From: Candidatus Delongbacteria bacterium
GTDB taxonomy: Bacteria > UBA4055
NCBI GenBank assembly: GCA_016937995.1
Contig: JAFGVM010000040.1
Coordinates: 1-39,643 of the forward strand
DNA: 39,643 nt
Reading direction: 5' to 3'
Below the pieces are notes generated by a model, which saw only the letters and a list, made by a program, of their open reading frames with translations, ran no database searches and had not been told where the DNA came from. Of this stretch, positions 1 to 9,052 are shown piece by piece (positions within the stretch are counted from its first letter, which is position 1; every line of letters starts with the position of its first letter). A program made the position numbers and the translations under genes.

Positions 1-429
1 AAGCTGCTTGAAAAGATCTTTCGAGTATACTTTTTTCAATATATTTTCTATGATACCAGTTGTAAGTGTTATCGTCATTCTTTCATGACCATCTCTGCCG
101 ATACTCATACCTATATCATGCAGAAAAGATGCTATTAGCACTACGATCATACTGTCCTCGAACGAACCGATCTTCTCAGTTTCCAGATTGAATTTTATTC
201 CTGATTCATCCATCAGTTTTATAATTTTTACAGCATTGATAGCTACCTGTCTCATATGAACAGGTCCGTGATCATTAAAATTCAGTCTTGTGATAGATAC
301 ATTATTTGCATAGTCCTGCAGTATTGCTATATCTTTATCAGCAAGTAAAAGCTCTGCAGTCATTAGAACTTTGCCTTCAATACCTTTTAAAAGTGCTTTG
401 TCCAGTGCTGTCTGTTTTGGTGATGTCAT
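1..429 (-). CDS. HD-domain phosphohydrolase (3' end outside window)
   Basis: Hand translation from ATG at 429 (RBS GAGG upstream): MTSPKQTALDKALL...YANNVSITRLNFNDHGPVHMRQVA...LIASFLHDIGMSIGRDGHE. NDHG..H and LHDIG motifs are typical of HD-superfamily (COG3294-like) proteins. Not in the ORF track. Confidence 0.85.
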   Translation of the reverse strand, partial: MTSPKQTALDKALLKGIEGKVLMTAELLLADKDIAILQDYANNVSITRLNFNDHGPVHMRQVAINAVKIIKLMDESGIKFNLETEKIGSFEDSMIVVLIASFLHDIGMSIGRDGHERMTITLTTGIIENILKKVYSKDLFKQL

Positions 430-442
430 ATAATTACCTCTT

Positions 443-475
443 GTCATTGCGAACACCTTTGGTGTGTGGCAATCT
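443..475. repeat. REP-like palindrome, GTCATTGCG...GCAATCT family
   Basis: gtcattgcgaacacctttggtgtgtggcaatct; near-identical inverted copy at 24540-24570. Confidence 0.75.
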
Positions 476-478
476 ATT

Positions 479-1315
479 TTAATTGAATTTTATCATAACA
501 GAATCAGCGATCGGTTTATATCCTATCTTCTGATAGATGCTATTCGATGTTGGATTTGAAAGGTCTGTATACAATGTACAATATTTATAACCTTCATCCA
601 GAAGAATCTTACTTGCCTGAGCTACACATGATGTTGCATAACCTTTCCTTCTGAATTTTTCCGGAGTATAAACTCCACTAACAGTGATCCCGTTAAATGT
701 TTCTCTTAATCCCAGGCACATCGATACTGGTTCATTATCTACCCAGATATAAGCTCTTTGTTTACTTATAAGGTTTTGAATACTTTTTCGAGCTCTTTCT
801 TTATCAACATCTTCATTTATATAATCATTGAATGCTATCATCCATTCAGTAAGAAGTTCAGCATCATTTTCATCTGCAATTTTGAAATGACCTTCTGTTG
901 ATAGGACACTTTCAACTTTATCAAGTCTGTATATCCTCTGATCCATTGCAGTTTCACTTTTACAATCTGTTTGTTCTGTCCATATTTTTTCAAAAATTCT
1001 GCATAGTTCTTTTCTGCCAATGATACCCGGTATAGAGATGTTTGCTTTCAATAATCCTTCTACTGCTGTTTCAATCGCAATTTTTTCCCCAATAAGCTGA
1101 AGATTATAAGGTGGTGTCATAAGAAGGACAAGTAAAACAATACCCTTATCATCAATTATGGCTGTAAAAGGATCTGAATCACTATAATTGTTTTTATTTA
1201 TTACCAGCTTTTTCAATATTCCTATAGCCAGATTATTTTTATCTTCATTCTTTTCAAGAAAAGGCATTACTTTTGATTTAAATTCTTTAATCTCAAAGTA
1301 TTGGACGAATTTCAT
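479..1315 (-). CDS. GNAT family N-acetyltransferase
   Basis: 278 aa; acetyl-CoA motif VYTPEKFRRKGYA and C-terminal LYTDLSNPTSNSIYQKIGY. Confidence 0.9.
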   Translation of the reverse strand: MKFVQYFEIKEFKSKVMPFLEKNEDKNNLAIGILKKLVINKNNYSDSDPFTAIIDDKGIVLLVLLMTPPYNLQLIGEKIAIETAVEGLLKANISIPGIIGRKELCRIFEKIWTEQTDCKSETAMDQRIYRLDKVESVLSTEGHFKIADENDAELLTEWMIAFNDYINEDVDKERARKSIQNLISKQRAYIWVDNEPVSMCLGLRETFNGITVSGVYTPEKFRRKGYATSCVAQASKILLDEGYKYCTLYTDLSNPTSNSIYQKIGYKPIADSVMIKFN

Positions 1316-1328
1316 TTTATTTCCTTTA

Positions 1329-1364
1329 TTTAAAAGAGGTGACGAAAAGAAATCGTCCCCTACA
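1329..1364. repeat. REP-like palindrome ending CCCCTAC (GTAG-type)
   Basis: tttaaaagaggtgacgaaaagaaatcgtcccctaca; 34/36 identical to 28172-28207. Followed by a (ctttgtgc)x3 tract at 1370-1393. Confidence 0.8.
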
Positions 1365-1398
1365 TTTTTCTTTGTGCCTTTGTGCCTTTGTGTGAACC

Positions 1399-3249
1399 CT
1401 ACATTCTAACTCTTTTCCCCAATAATATTACATCACGTAAATTTTCGGGATTTTTTGCATCCATCCATCTTTTCTCAAAATCTGGATCTCTGACTATCTG
1501 AGCTATCGCAGATATTACTCTCAGATGAAAATTACGTTCATCTTTAGTACCCAGCAGAACAAATATTGCCTTGATATCTTTATGATCTTCAGAAAGCTCA
1601 ATACCTTTCTTAGCTCTGATAATAAGCATCTCAAAAGTTTTTTCACCTTCAATGATTATATGCGGGATCGCTAGAAATTCAGTTAAAGCTGTGCTGCTTT
1701 CTGCTTCTCTGGCAGTTAACAGATCGTAAATTGTTTGATCTGTAATATCTAATTTCTCGGAGACCTTTTTTGCAATGATCTTGAAAAGCTCTTCCTTATT
1801 CACTTTTTGCTCAATATCAAGCACACATCTGTCTTCCACCAGATTATCAAATCTGTCTTTTACAATATCGTCTCTTTCTCTGATAATATCTTTCAGCTCG
1901 GATTCAAGTTCTCCTGTGAGAAACTGTTTGTTCGTGATCCTTTCTATCAGGTGGAGAAGTGCATATTCACTCTCTGTTTTCTTTTTTCCGTAGAACCAGT
2001 ATGTTAGGAACCCAAGGAAACCAAGACCCAGGCTGACCAATATTGCTTCAAGACCCATTTCATAGACTAATATCAAAAAGCCCCCGATACCAATTATCTG
2101 TACCCAGGGATAAAGCGGACTTTTAAATTTTGGTTGATAATTCTGCACTCTGCTTTCTCGAAGGATTATAACTGCCAGGCATGAAAAGATATATGTAAAT
2201 ATTATCACGGTCGAAGCTGCTTTCACAAGTATATCCAGCTTGAGCATAAATGACAACATTATAAAAGCACCAGTGAAAAGAATTGAAATATATGGAGTTT
2301 TGGATCTTTTACTTAATTTTCCGAAGAAAGAAGGAATAAGTTTATCTCTGCTTAATGCCAATGGATATCTTGAAGCAGATAATACTCCTGCGTTTGCTGT
2401 AGATACAAATGCCAAAATTGCTGCAATTGTCAAAGCTATCACTCCCAAATCACCCATAAATACTGCAGCCCCGTCAGTAATTGGTGTTAAAGATGCATTT
2501 TCTACTGTCGTTCCTAATTCATTACCCAAGACACCTGTTGTAACAAAAACTACAAGTGCATACAGTATACCAACAACAACAAATGATAATATCATACCTA
2601 ATGGAAGATTTCTAGTAGGATTTTTTGTTTCTTCAGAAATACTTCCTATTTTTAATAGTCCACCATAAGAAACAAATACCAGGCCGGCTGTGGAAAATAT
2701 CGAAACTGATCCCTTTGGAGCAAACGGGGTAAAATTATTAACATCAATATGGATCAGTCCATCAAAAATGTAGAAGATCAATAGTCCTATCAGGACGAAT
2801 ACTATGACAATTTGGAATCTTCCGGTCTCTTTTGCACCGATAATATTCAATGCAAGAAATATTAAGCAGAATAAGACAGCTATAACATGAATATCAACAT
2901 CTATTATCAGTCTGGTGAAAGCAGCCATACCGATCAATGCAAAAGCACTTTTCAAAGAAATTGAGAACCACTCGATCAGACCATCGATTGTCCCGACACC
3001 CGGACCCATACTTCTTGCAACAAAGAAATATGTTCCTCCGGCTTTTGGCATTGCGGAAATTAATTCTGACTGGCTCAACATTCCTGTAGCGGCCAGTAAA
3101 CCTGCCAGCATATAAGCTAATATCATACCCGGTCCGGCTTGTACATAAGCTAATCCCGGCAAAATGAATAAACCGGAACTTATCATTGCACCTGATGCTA
3201 TGCTGAAAACATCAAGTAAACCAAGTTCCTTTTTTAATGATCGACTCAA
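1399..3249 (-). CDS. APC-family amino acid permease fused to a C-terminal PTS EIIA (type 2) domain
   Basis: N-terminal LKKELGLLDVFSIASGAMISSGLFILPG, MPKAGG and about 12 hydrophobic segments. C-terminal LTAREAESSTAL...LAIPH EIIA motif. TTG start. Confidence 0.88.
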   Translation of the reverse strand: MSRSLKKELGLLDVFSIASGAMISSGLFILPGLAYVQAGPGMILAYMLAGLLAATGMLSQSELISAMPKAGGTYFFVARSMGPGVGTIDGLIEWFSISLKSAFALIGMAAFTRLIIDVDIHVIAVLFCLIFLALNIIGAKETGRFQIVIVFVLIGLLIFYIFDGLIHIDVNNFTPFAPKGSVSIFSTAGLVFVSYGGLLKIGSISEETKNPTRNLPLGMILSFVVVGILYALVVFVTTGVLGNELGTTVENASLTPITDGAAVFMGDLGVIALTIAAILAFVSTANAGVLSASRYPLALSRDKLIPSFFGKLSKRSKTPYISILFTGAFIMLSFMLKLDILVKAASTVIIFTYIFSCLAVIILRESRVQNYQPKFKSPLYPWVQIIGIGGFLILVYEMGLEAILVSLGLGFLGFLTYWFYGKKKTESEYALLHLIERITNKQFLTGELESELKDIIRERDDIVKDRFDNLVEDRCVLDIEQKVNKEELFKIIAKKVSEKLDITDQTIYDLLTAREAESSTALTEFLAIPHIIIEGEKTFEMLIIRAKKGIELSEDHKDIKAIFVLLGTKDERNFHLRVISAIAQIVRDPDFEKRWMDAKNPENLRDVILLGKRVRM

Positions 3250-3253
3250 ATTA

Positions 3254-3892
3254 TTATTCCTGTTGTTTTATTTTTTCTACTTGTACCCAAACGATGAAAG
3301 GAATAGGAATATCTTTTATATCTTTTTCCTTGTATTTCAAACCATATTTATCGATGATTTTCTGAGTTGCAAATCCGATCTTTTCAATAGAAAAACCTTT
3401 GATCTTATAACCGAACTTTACAAGTAGCTCATCAAGAGAACTATACACATTACCTTCCATCATTATAGTTTCGATAAGTTCGTGATCAATATCCCATGAT
3501 GGTTTATTGTTGTTTTTTCTATAAACAGTATACTTTTGCCATTTAGGATCATTGCTGAACACTTCTATCTGCTTGAGAAGTATATCCTTATATTGCGAAG
3601 GGTAACCAACAGAAACAGACTTCAGATCAATGTTTATACTATCTTTACCTTCATTCCACAGAAATTCGATTACTTTGATCTCTTCCTTAAGTTCTCTGAC
3701 CTTTTCAGACCCGTAGTTCAGGTCCTGATAGTTAAAATTTGTAAAGATATCCATCTGTAATTCTTTAGAAAATCTTAGATTCTTATTATTTTCATCTTTA
3801 ATGCTAAAGTCCACCTGACCTCTTATGAATTGTGCAGCATATAGCGACAAACTTAGTATAATAAAAATAAATAATGCATAAAATTTTCTCAT
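3254..3892 (-). CDS. Hypothetical exported protein
   Basis: 212 aa ORF with Sec-like signal peptide (MRKFYALFIFIILSLSLYA); 4-bp gap to the permease gene. Confidence 0.7.
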   Translation of the reverse strand: MRKFYALFIFIILSLSLYAAQFIRGQVDFSIKDENNKNLRFSKELQMDIFTNFNYQDLNYGSEKVRELKEEIKVIEFLWNEGKDSINIDLKSVSVGYPSQYKDILLKQIEVFSNDPKWQKYTVYRKNNNKPSWDIDHELIETIMMEGNVYSSLDELLVKFGYKIKGFSIEKIGFATQKIIDKYGLKYKEKDIKDIPIPFIVWVQVEKIKQQE

Positions 3893-4037
3893 ATAAACTC
3901 TCTTGATATTTTTTTAAAGTACATATGTCTTATGTTGATAAAGTACATAATATACTATGCCTAAATCAAGGCAAATATTTAAATATTTTTATTTAAACGA
4001 TTAAAAGACCACTATTTGACCGGGTGCGTGTTTTATA

Positions 4038-4372
4038 TTAGGGTTTAGAGGAAAGGGATTAGGGGTTAGTTAGAAGATAAAAAAACAAAAGGAGATTTAT
4101 AATGAATGTCAAATTGTACAAAGAATTAGTAGTTTGGCAGAAAGCAATGTTAATAACCGAGGAAATTTACTTAATAACAAAACTTTTCCCTAAAGAAGAA
4201 AAGTTCGGTTTGACTTCTCAGATAAAGAGAGCAGTTATCAGTATTCATTGATAAATCAAATCATGAGATAATAAATAATAAGTGTAATGAGATAGGTAAA
4301 ATGTTAAGAAGTCTAATTGCAGCTTTAAACTAACCCCTAGTTTTTAACCCCTAATCCCTTGCCCCTTGCTAA
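4038..4372. repeat. Inverted heptamer-like repeat tracts flanking the four-helix-bundle remnant
   Basis: aagggattaggggtta (4053-4068) is the exact reverse complement of taacccctaatccctt (4345-4360); both sit within longer degenerate tracts. Confidence 0.8.
4102..4333 (+). pseudogene. Four-helix bundle (23S rRNA IVP / TIGR02436-like) gene remnant with internal deletion and frameshift
   Basis: RBS AGGAG, then MNVKLYKELVVWQKAMLITEEIYLITKLFPKEEKFGLTSQIKRAVISIH* (4102-4251). A second frame gives FIDKSNHEIINNKCNEIGKMLRSLIAALN* ending 4333. These match the family N- and C-termini; the central PSNIAEG...ELETQL part is absent. Confidence 0.85.
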
Positions 4373-4423
4373 TTAAAAATATTATTTATACTTTTCTATA
4401 ACATTAATAATTCGGGAAACACA

Positions 4424-5002
4424 ATGGATAAATTTATCAGGCACTTTATGATCAGAACCATTATTTCAATATTTTTTCTGATTATTATCGCTATGGCCTT
4501 CGGTGTTATAGGTGGTGACATCCTTCAACTTTCAGGAAGTAAGAACAACGTAAAAGAGGTTGATTTTACTATAAGAAGAAGTAAGCTTTTTTTTTACACT
4601 ACTTACAAAGCGGAATTCAATAATGTAACAAAAGTACAACACCGAACTGAAAATAATGCAGAAAGATCACTTGTAAGTACGGTTTACATGATAAACAATT
4701 CTGGAAAGATCTCTCTCTTTGGAGAACTTTCGAATGACAATGATAAACTTAAAAGAGAAATTTACAATGATCTGAGTTTTTTTATTGATGACGATTCTCG
4801 CAAAATGTATTCAAAAATGTATTTTAAAATAAATAAATTCGGTTGGATCGGGATCGGTTTATTTATAATTGCTATAATCTGGTTGTTAAATCTTCCAAAG
4901 ATCAGAAAACGTCTTATTGAAGAAAAACTGGAAGAAGAGAAGAAAACAAGGATAGCAAAATTACATGAAGAAAGAGTTCATGGACTAAAAAGCTGCAATT
5001 GA
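4424..5002 (+). CDS. Hypothetical membrane protein (two TM segments)
   Basis: 192 aa; hydrophobic segments near the N-terminus and at GWIGIGLFIIAIIWLL; charged tail. Confidence 0.7.
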   Translation: MDKFIRHFMIRTIISIFFLIIIAMAFGVIGGDILQLSGSKNNVKEVDFTIRRSKLFFYTTYKAEFNNVTKVQHRTENNAERSLVSTVYMINNSGKISLFGELSNDNDKLKREIYNDLSFFIDDDSRKMYSKMYFKINKFGWIGIGLFIIAIIWLLNLPKIRKRLIEEKLEEEKKTRIAKLHEERVHGLKSCN

Positions 5003-5004
5003 TC

Positions 5005-5157
5005 TTAGAAATTTATTTTATTTACAAAAAAATAGATCGAAATAAGAAATGTTGTTGAGATAGCAAATAAAACTATAGCGATCAGTTTGAGTTGCTTTTT
5101 TTTTGTAAATACAGCCAAAAATAAAGACAGTCCACTTACCAATGCCAGGATTTCCAA
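5005..5157 (-). CDS. Small hydrophobic protein (50 aa, two TM segments), below the ORF-track cut-off
   Basis: TTG start at 5157, 5 nt after a GAGGAG RBS: MEILALVSGLSLFLAVFTKKKQLKLIAIVLFAISTTFLISIYFFVNKINF*. Fills the intergenic gap almost exactly. Confidence 0.6.
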   Translation of the reverse strand: MEILALVSGLSLFLAVFTKKKQLKLIAIVLFAISTTFLISIYFFVNKINF

Positions 5158-5166
5158 CTTAACTCC

Positions 5167-5466
5167 TCATTTATTTTTATATTTACATATATATTCTGCA
5201 AATGATTTCAACATTAACAGGATCATAAAACTTATCCCTCCGACAAACGGAAAAGAAATTAACATCCACATAAATACTTCTGCAGGTGAATCAAATAAAG
5301 CAATAACATGTATTATTATGGTAGTTATTACTGCGGAATATATCATTTTATGTGGTTTTTCCTGCGCCCAGTTCCTAGGGTGACTTACGATCGAAAAGAC
5401 GATCATGTTTAGTATCGTAATAATTCCCCATACTAGAACACCAAAATATGTTGATCCAGTATCCAT
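5167..5466 (-). CDS. Hypothetical small membrane protein
   Basis: 99 aa with three hydrophobic segments; AAGGA RBS upstream. Confidence 0.6.
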   Translation of the reverse strand: MDTGSTYFGVLVWGIITILNMIVFSIVSHPRNWAQEKPHKMIYSAVITTIIIHVIALFDSPAEVFMWMLISFPFVGGISFMILLMLKSFAEYICKYKNK

Positions 5467-5553
5467 AATATAAGTCCTTTATTTTTACTTACTGTATACA
5501 ATATACGAAAATATTCAAAAGTAATGTAAGTAATTGAAAACACATTTAGAAAT

Positions 5554-5579
5554 AAAAAAAGACACCTGTATGGTGTCTT
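5554..5579 (-). terminator. Rho-independent terminator downstream of the aminotransferase
   Basis: Stem AAGACACC/GGTGTCTT followed by a T7 run on the minus strand. Confidence 0.75.
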
Positions 5580-5616
5580 AAAAAACAATAAGTAAAGACA
5601 TAGCAGTGCTACGTCT

Positions 5617-6840
5617 CTACTTATGATCTTTTATACACTTTGCAAGTCGTTTAATGGCCTCTACAAGATGTTCTTTGCTTGAGTATGAAAAATTCAGTCT
5701 CATATGATTGTTTGATGGATTTTCTCCATAGAACTGCCAACCCGGCACAAAAGCAACTTTATACTTCAAAGCCTCTATGAATAACTTATCAGTATCAATA
5801 TGCTCAGGAACGGTAGCCCAAAGGAATAAACCTCCCTCAGGAACAGTCCAGCTGACTCCGGATCCTTCAGGAAAATTCTCTTTCATAGTATCTAAGAACA
5901 AGTTAAGCTTTTCTCTGTAGTAATTCCTACAGTTCTCCAGATGCTGCTCAAGTCCCATGTCATTCAGATAAGCAGTACAAATGTCCTGATTATACTTTGG
6001 AGTGTTCAGGATGTTTCCTTCTTTGATATTACACATCTTCTCTATAACTTCAGCAGGACCGATATTAAAACCAACTCTCATACCTGGGCAGAAGATCTTT
6101 GAGAATGTATAAAGACCGATTACATTGGTTCCTTCTCTTTTCTGATCAAGAGAATAAATTGAAGGTATGTTCTCACCATAATATCTCAGGTCTCTGTATG
6201 GACTGTCTTCGATGATAGGCACACCGTATTCATAGCTGATATCAAGAAGTGCCTCTCTTTTCTCCAAGCTCATGGTTATACCTGTAGGATTCTGAAAATC
6301 AGGAACAACATAGATAAACTTAGGCATTACTCCTTTAGCCTTACATTCTTCAAGTTTAGCTCTGAATCCAGTAACATTAGAACCATCCTCCTGAATGTCA
6401 ACACCGATGTACTGAGGTCTGTTAAGATCAAAAGCAACTACTGAACCAGCAAATGTAGGTCTATCAACCATTACAATATCGCCTGGATTTAAGAATAATC
6501 TACCAGTTAGATCAAGACCATTCTGACCTGATGTTGTGATAAGTAAATTTTCTTCTTTAATATTGATATTATCTCTTTTTAGAAAATTTATCACTGCATC
6601 GATCAAACTTGCTTCACCCGGTATAGATGAATACTGCATTACCTTATTAATATTTTCGCTACTTAAAATCCCTTCAGTAGCTTTGATCATCTCACTTTTC
6701 TGGAAGACATCCGGGGAAGGTAAACCACCTGCCAGTGAAATTATTTCAGGGTCAGTCAAAAGCTTCAGGGTCTTCCCTATTGGGTAACCTTCGTAATCTC
6801 TACTATTCTCTGAGAATCTTTCTTTCCAATTATTTATCAT
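5617..6840 (-). CDS. PLP-dependent class I/II aminotransferase (LysN / 2-aminoadipate transaminase-like)
   Basis: IISLAGGLP, YVVPDFQNPTG, IIEDSPY, TFSKIFCPGMRVG (PLP lysine), PEGGLFLW, MRLNFS. Confidence 0.92.
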   Translation of the reverse strand: MINNWKERFSENSRDYEGYPIGKTLKLLTDPEIISLAGGLPSPDVFQKSEMIKATEGILSSENINKVMQYSSIPGEASLIDAVINFLKRDNINIKEENLLITTSGQNGLDLTGRLFLNPGDIVMVDRPTFAGSVVAFDLNRPQYIGVDIQEDGSNVTGFRAKLEECKAKGVMPKFIYVVPDFQNPTGITMSLEKREALLDISYEYGVPIIEDSPYRDLRYYGENIPSIYSLDQKREGTNVIGLYTFSKIFCPGMRVGFNIGPAEVIEKMCNIKEGNILNTPKYNQDICTAYLNDMGLEQHLENCRNYYREKLNLFLDTMKENFPEGSGVSWTVPEGGLFLWATVPEHIDTDKLFIEALKYKVAFVPGWQFYGENPSNNHMRLNFSYSSKEHLVEAIKRLAKCIKDHK

Positions 6841-6867
6841 AATAAAATCCTAAATTATATACTTTGC

Positions 6868-6967
6868 TGTCATTCTCGGACTTGATCCGGGAATCTACTG
6901 TTTTAGATATCCGTGTCAAGCACGAATATGACAAAAATACAGGGGACGACTGGTAGGCGTCCCCTAC
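6868..6967. repeat. Cluster of REP/MITE-like palindromes
   Basis: tgtcattctcggacttgatccgggaatct...gatatccgtgtcaagcacgaatatgaca (6868-6933; homolog at 23501-23570), followed by aggggacgactggtaggcgtcccctac (6941-6967). Confidence 0.8.
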
Positions 6968-6997
6968 ATTAATTATCCATTGTAAATTGTCAATTGA

Positions 6998-8227
6998 TTA
7001 CAGTGTTGCTTTTCCGAATAATGTATTGATCCCCTTCTTCATAAAGTCCTTACCATCTTGAGTAGCTTTTAAAGATTTGTAATAAATAACCTCTCCGATC
7101 TTGTCAGCAAGTTCATTTCTTTCTGCATCAGAAATAAAATAAGCAGCCATAGTATCCATATCTCTGGCATTACCGTCACTCTCGTATTTATAAGTGATAT
7201 TCGCTCCGCTTTCTAATACTTTATGAGCATTTTCAGTCCAGTCAAAGTTTGGCATACCAAGATCAGGGTTAATTCTCATGTGAGCTGCTAAAGTAATTCC
7301 TTTGATTCCACTTTCTTTAAGTTCTTTTTCACATTGAATGAAAGTATCTGAATCAGCACCGTTACCAATGTTGATCTCATATATTGGAGTTGTTCCGTCT
7401 TCTCTGATGTATTCGTTGATTATGTTAAGTAACATTCTGAACTGCATAGTAGTTTGTGTTGAAAGTAACATTGAAACTTTAAATGTAAGATTTGGAATGT
7501 CTTTAGCATAGTAACATGCAGCAACAATAGAACTCCAGCTTGGGTTCAGGTAGAAATCTCCACCAGTTTCTAAAGCTGTTCTTGTAACACCATCCAAATA
7601 TACAAGATGATTGCTGTTTGCTACTTCAATACCACCGAAGTTTCCAAAGAAAGTTCCCTGATTCTTAAGGATCAATGCTGAATTTTCTGCATCAACAGCA
7701 GTTCTTTCGAATTTTTCACCTGTTACTTCTTCAAGCTTCTTAAATCTTGCTTCAGGTTGAGGAATACCTATCAGGTTGGTTGAACAATACTTTGAAGTTC
7801 CCATGATATTTTCAGTCATAGCTAAAGTAGCCATTAGATCACCACTGTAAACATACTCATCAGTTAAACCTACAACTGAGATCATTTCTACAGGTACATA
7901 GCATGGATCTGTTTCAGCAGTTTCAACAACTCTTTTCATAAAATTGTGAGTAACTCTTGCACCCTGAAAACCTGAAACTTGGCTTCTAGCAGTACCGTAT
8001 GCATTATTAACTTCATAAGCAGGAAGCTTAGGAAATTTCTGAACAAGTTCTTCTGCTTCTTCAACAAGTTTCAACCAGTCTCCACCTTTTTCAGCTAGAA
8101 TTGCTTTTCTGTTCTCTAATTTTTTCTTAAACGCGATAGTTTCGTTGATCTTCTGTGCACCACCGTGAAATTCTTTTAAGGCATCCATTGCCTTCATGTC
8201 TCTTTCTGAAAGTAATTTGAACTTCAT
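6998..8227 (-). CDS. Hypothetical cytoplasmic protein of unrecognised family
   Basis: 409 aa; strong RBS AGGAGAG; no signal peptide or TM segment; no motif that I recognise. Confidence 0.85.
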   Translation of the reverse strand: MKFKLLSERDMKAMDALKEFHGGAQKINETIAFKKKLENRKAILAEKGGDWLKLVEEAEELVQKFPKLPAYEVNNAYGTARSQVSGFQGARVTHNFMKRVVETAETDPCYVPVEMISVVGLTDEYVYSGDLMATLAMTENIMGTSKYCSTNLIGIPQPEARFKKLEEVTGEKFERTAVDAENSALILKNQGTFFGNFGGIEVANSNHLVYLDGVTRTALETGGDFYLNPSWSSIVAACYYAKDIPNLTFKVSMLLSTQTTMQFRMLLNIINEYIREDGTTPIYEINIGNGADSDTFIQCEKELKESGIKGITLAAHMRINPDLGMPNFDWTENAHKVLESGANITYKYESDGNARDMDTMAAYFISDAERNELADKIGEVIYYKSLKATQDGKDFMKKGINTLFGKATL

Positions 8228-8546
8228 TTTCTCTCCTGTGTTTTATATTTTAAATCTTTTGTTTGTGTCTTTTGTTTGTGCGATTTTTGCTTAGCTTTTC
8301 ATTTTAAACAGAAATTTGGATTAATTCAAGAAAATATTTTAGAATAAATTTAGATGAAGATATTTTCTTAAATAGTACACGAAGGGAAATATTTTACAGA
8401 TATTTTCTTCAATAGTTCGTGAGAGAAATTAAATTGCAAAATCTAAGAAATTACATAGTTGCATAATAGTGTACTTTCCGTTATAATTTCTTGATAACAT
8501 AACACTGAAACAAATATTTACTCGTTTAATAAAAGGAGAATGTATC

Positions 8547-9035
8547 ATGAGAAAATTTACATTATTATTGATCGTAGTTCTATCGTTGTCATTTTTGGGT
8601 TGTGGTGGAAAGACAGCTGAAAAAGAAGCAATTAAGACTAATGACACCCCAGATCCTGCTACTGAGACAGTAGAGAAGAAGTTACCTGAAGGTTATCCTG
8701 AAGAATTGGTTATTCCATTTGACCTTGGAAAGAGAATGACAACCGGTGATGGTACCGGAAAACAAACTATTACTAAAGATGGAGAAATGTCTTTCGGGAA
8801 AGAGCGTAATTTTAAATCTTTCAATGTATGGCAAAGTATGCCAAAACAAGTACCTGAGATAATCAGTCATTTTAAAAAACTTTTTACTGATCTTCAGTAT
8901 GAAGGTGTATGGAAAGGTGAAGAAAATAATGCATACGGTGTTTTCAAGAAAGATGATAACGAAATTGAGATCCATATTTCTGAAGACCAATTTAAATTTG
9001 GTTTGAAGATCTGGGATGTTCAAGTCTTAAAATAA
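8547..9035 (+). CDS. Hypothetical lipoprotein
   Basis: AAGGAG RBS; lipobox-like SFLGC after a hydrophobic signal. Confidence 0.75.
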   Translation: MRKFTLLLIVVLSLSFLGCGGKTAEKEAIKTNDTPDPATETVEKKLPEGYPEELVIPFDLGKRMTTGDGTGKQTITKDGEMSFGKERNFKSFNVWQSMPKQVPEIISHFKKLFTDLQYEGVWKGEENNAYGVFKKDDNEIEIHISEDQFKFGLKIWDVQVLK

Positions 9036-9052
9036 AAATTGAGAGGGATAAA

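Noticed and set aside
4102-4333. Diversity-generating retroelement inferred from the Avd-like fold
   Set aside because: No reverse transcriptase and no TR/VR pair in the window. The 28450/29761 repeat mismatches are not adenine-specific in one direction and are not at a C-terminal variable region.
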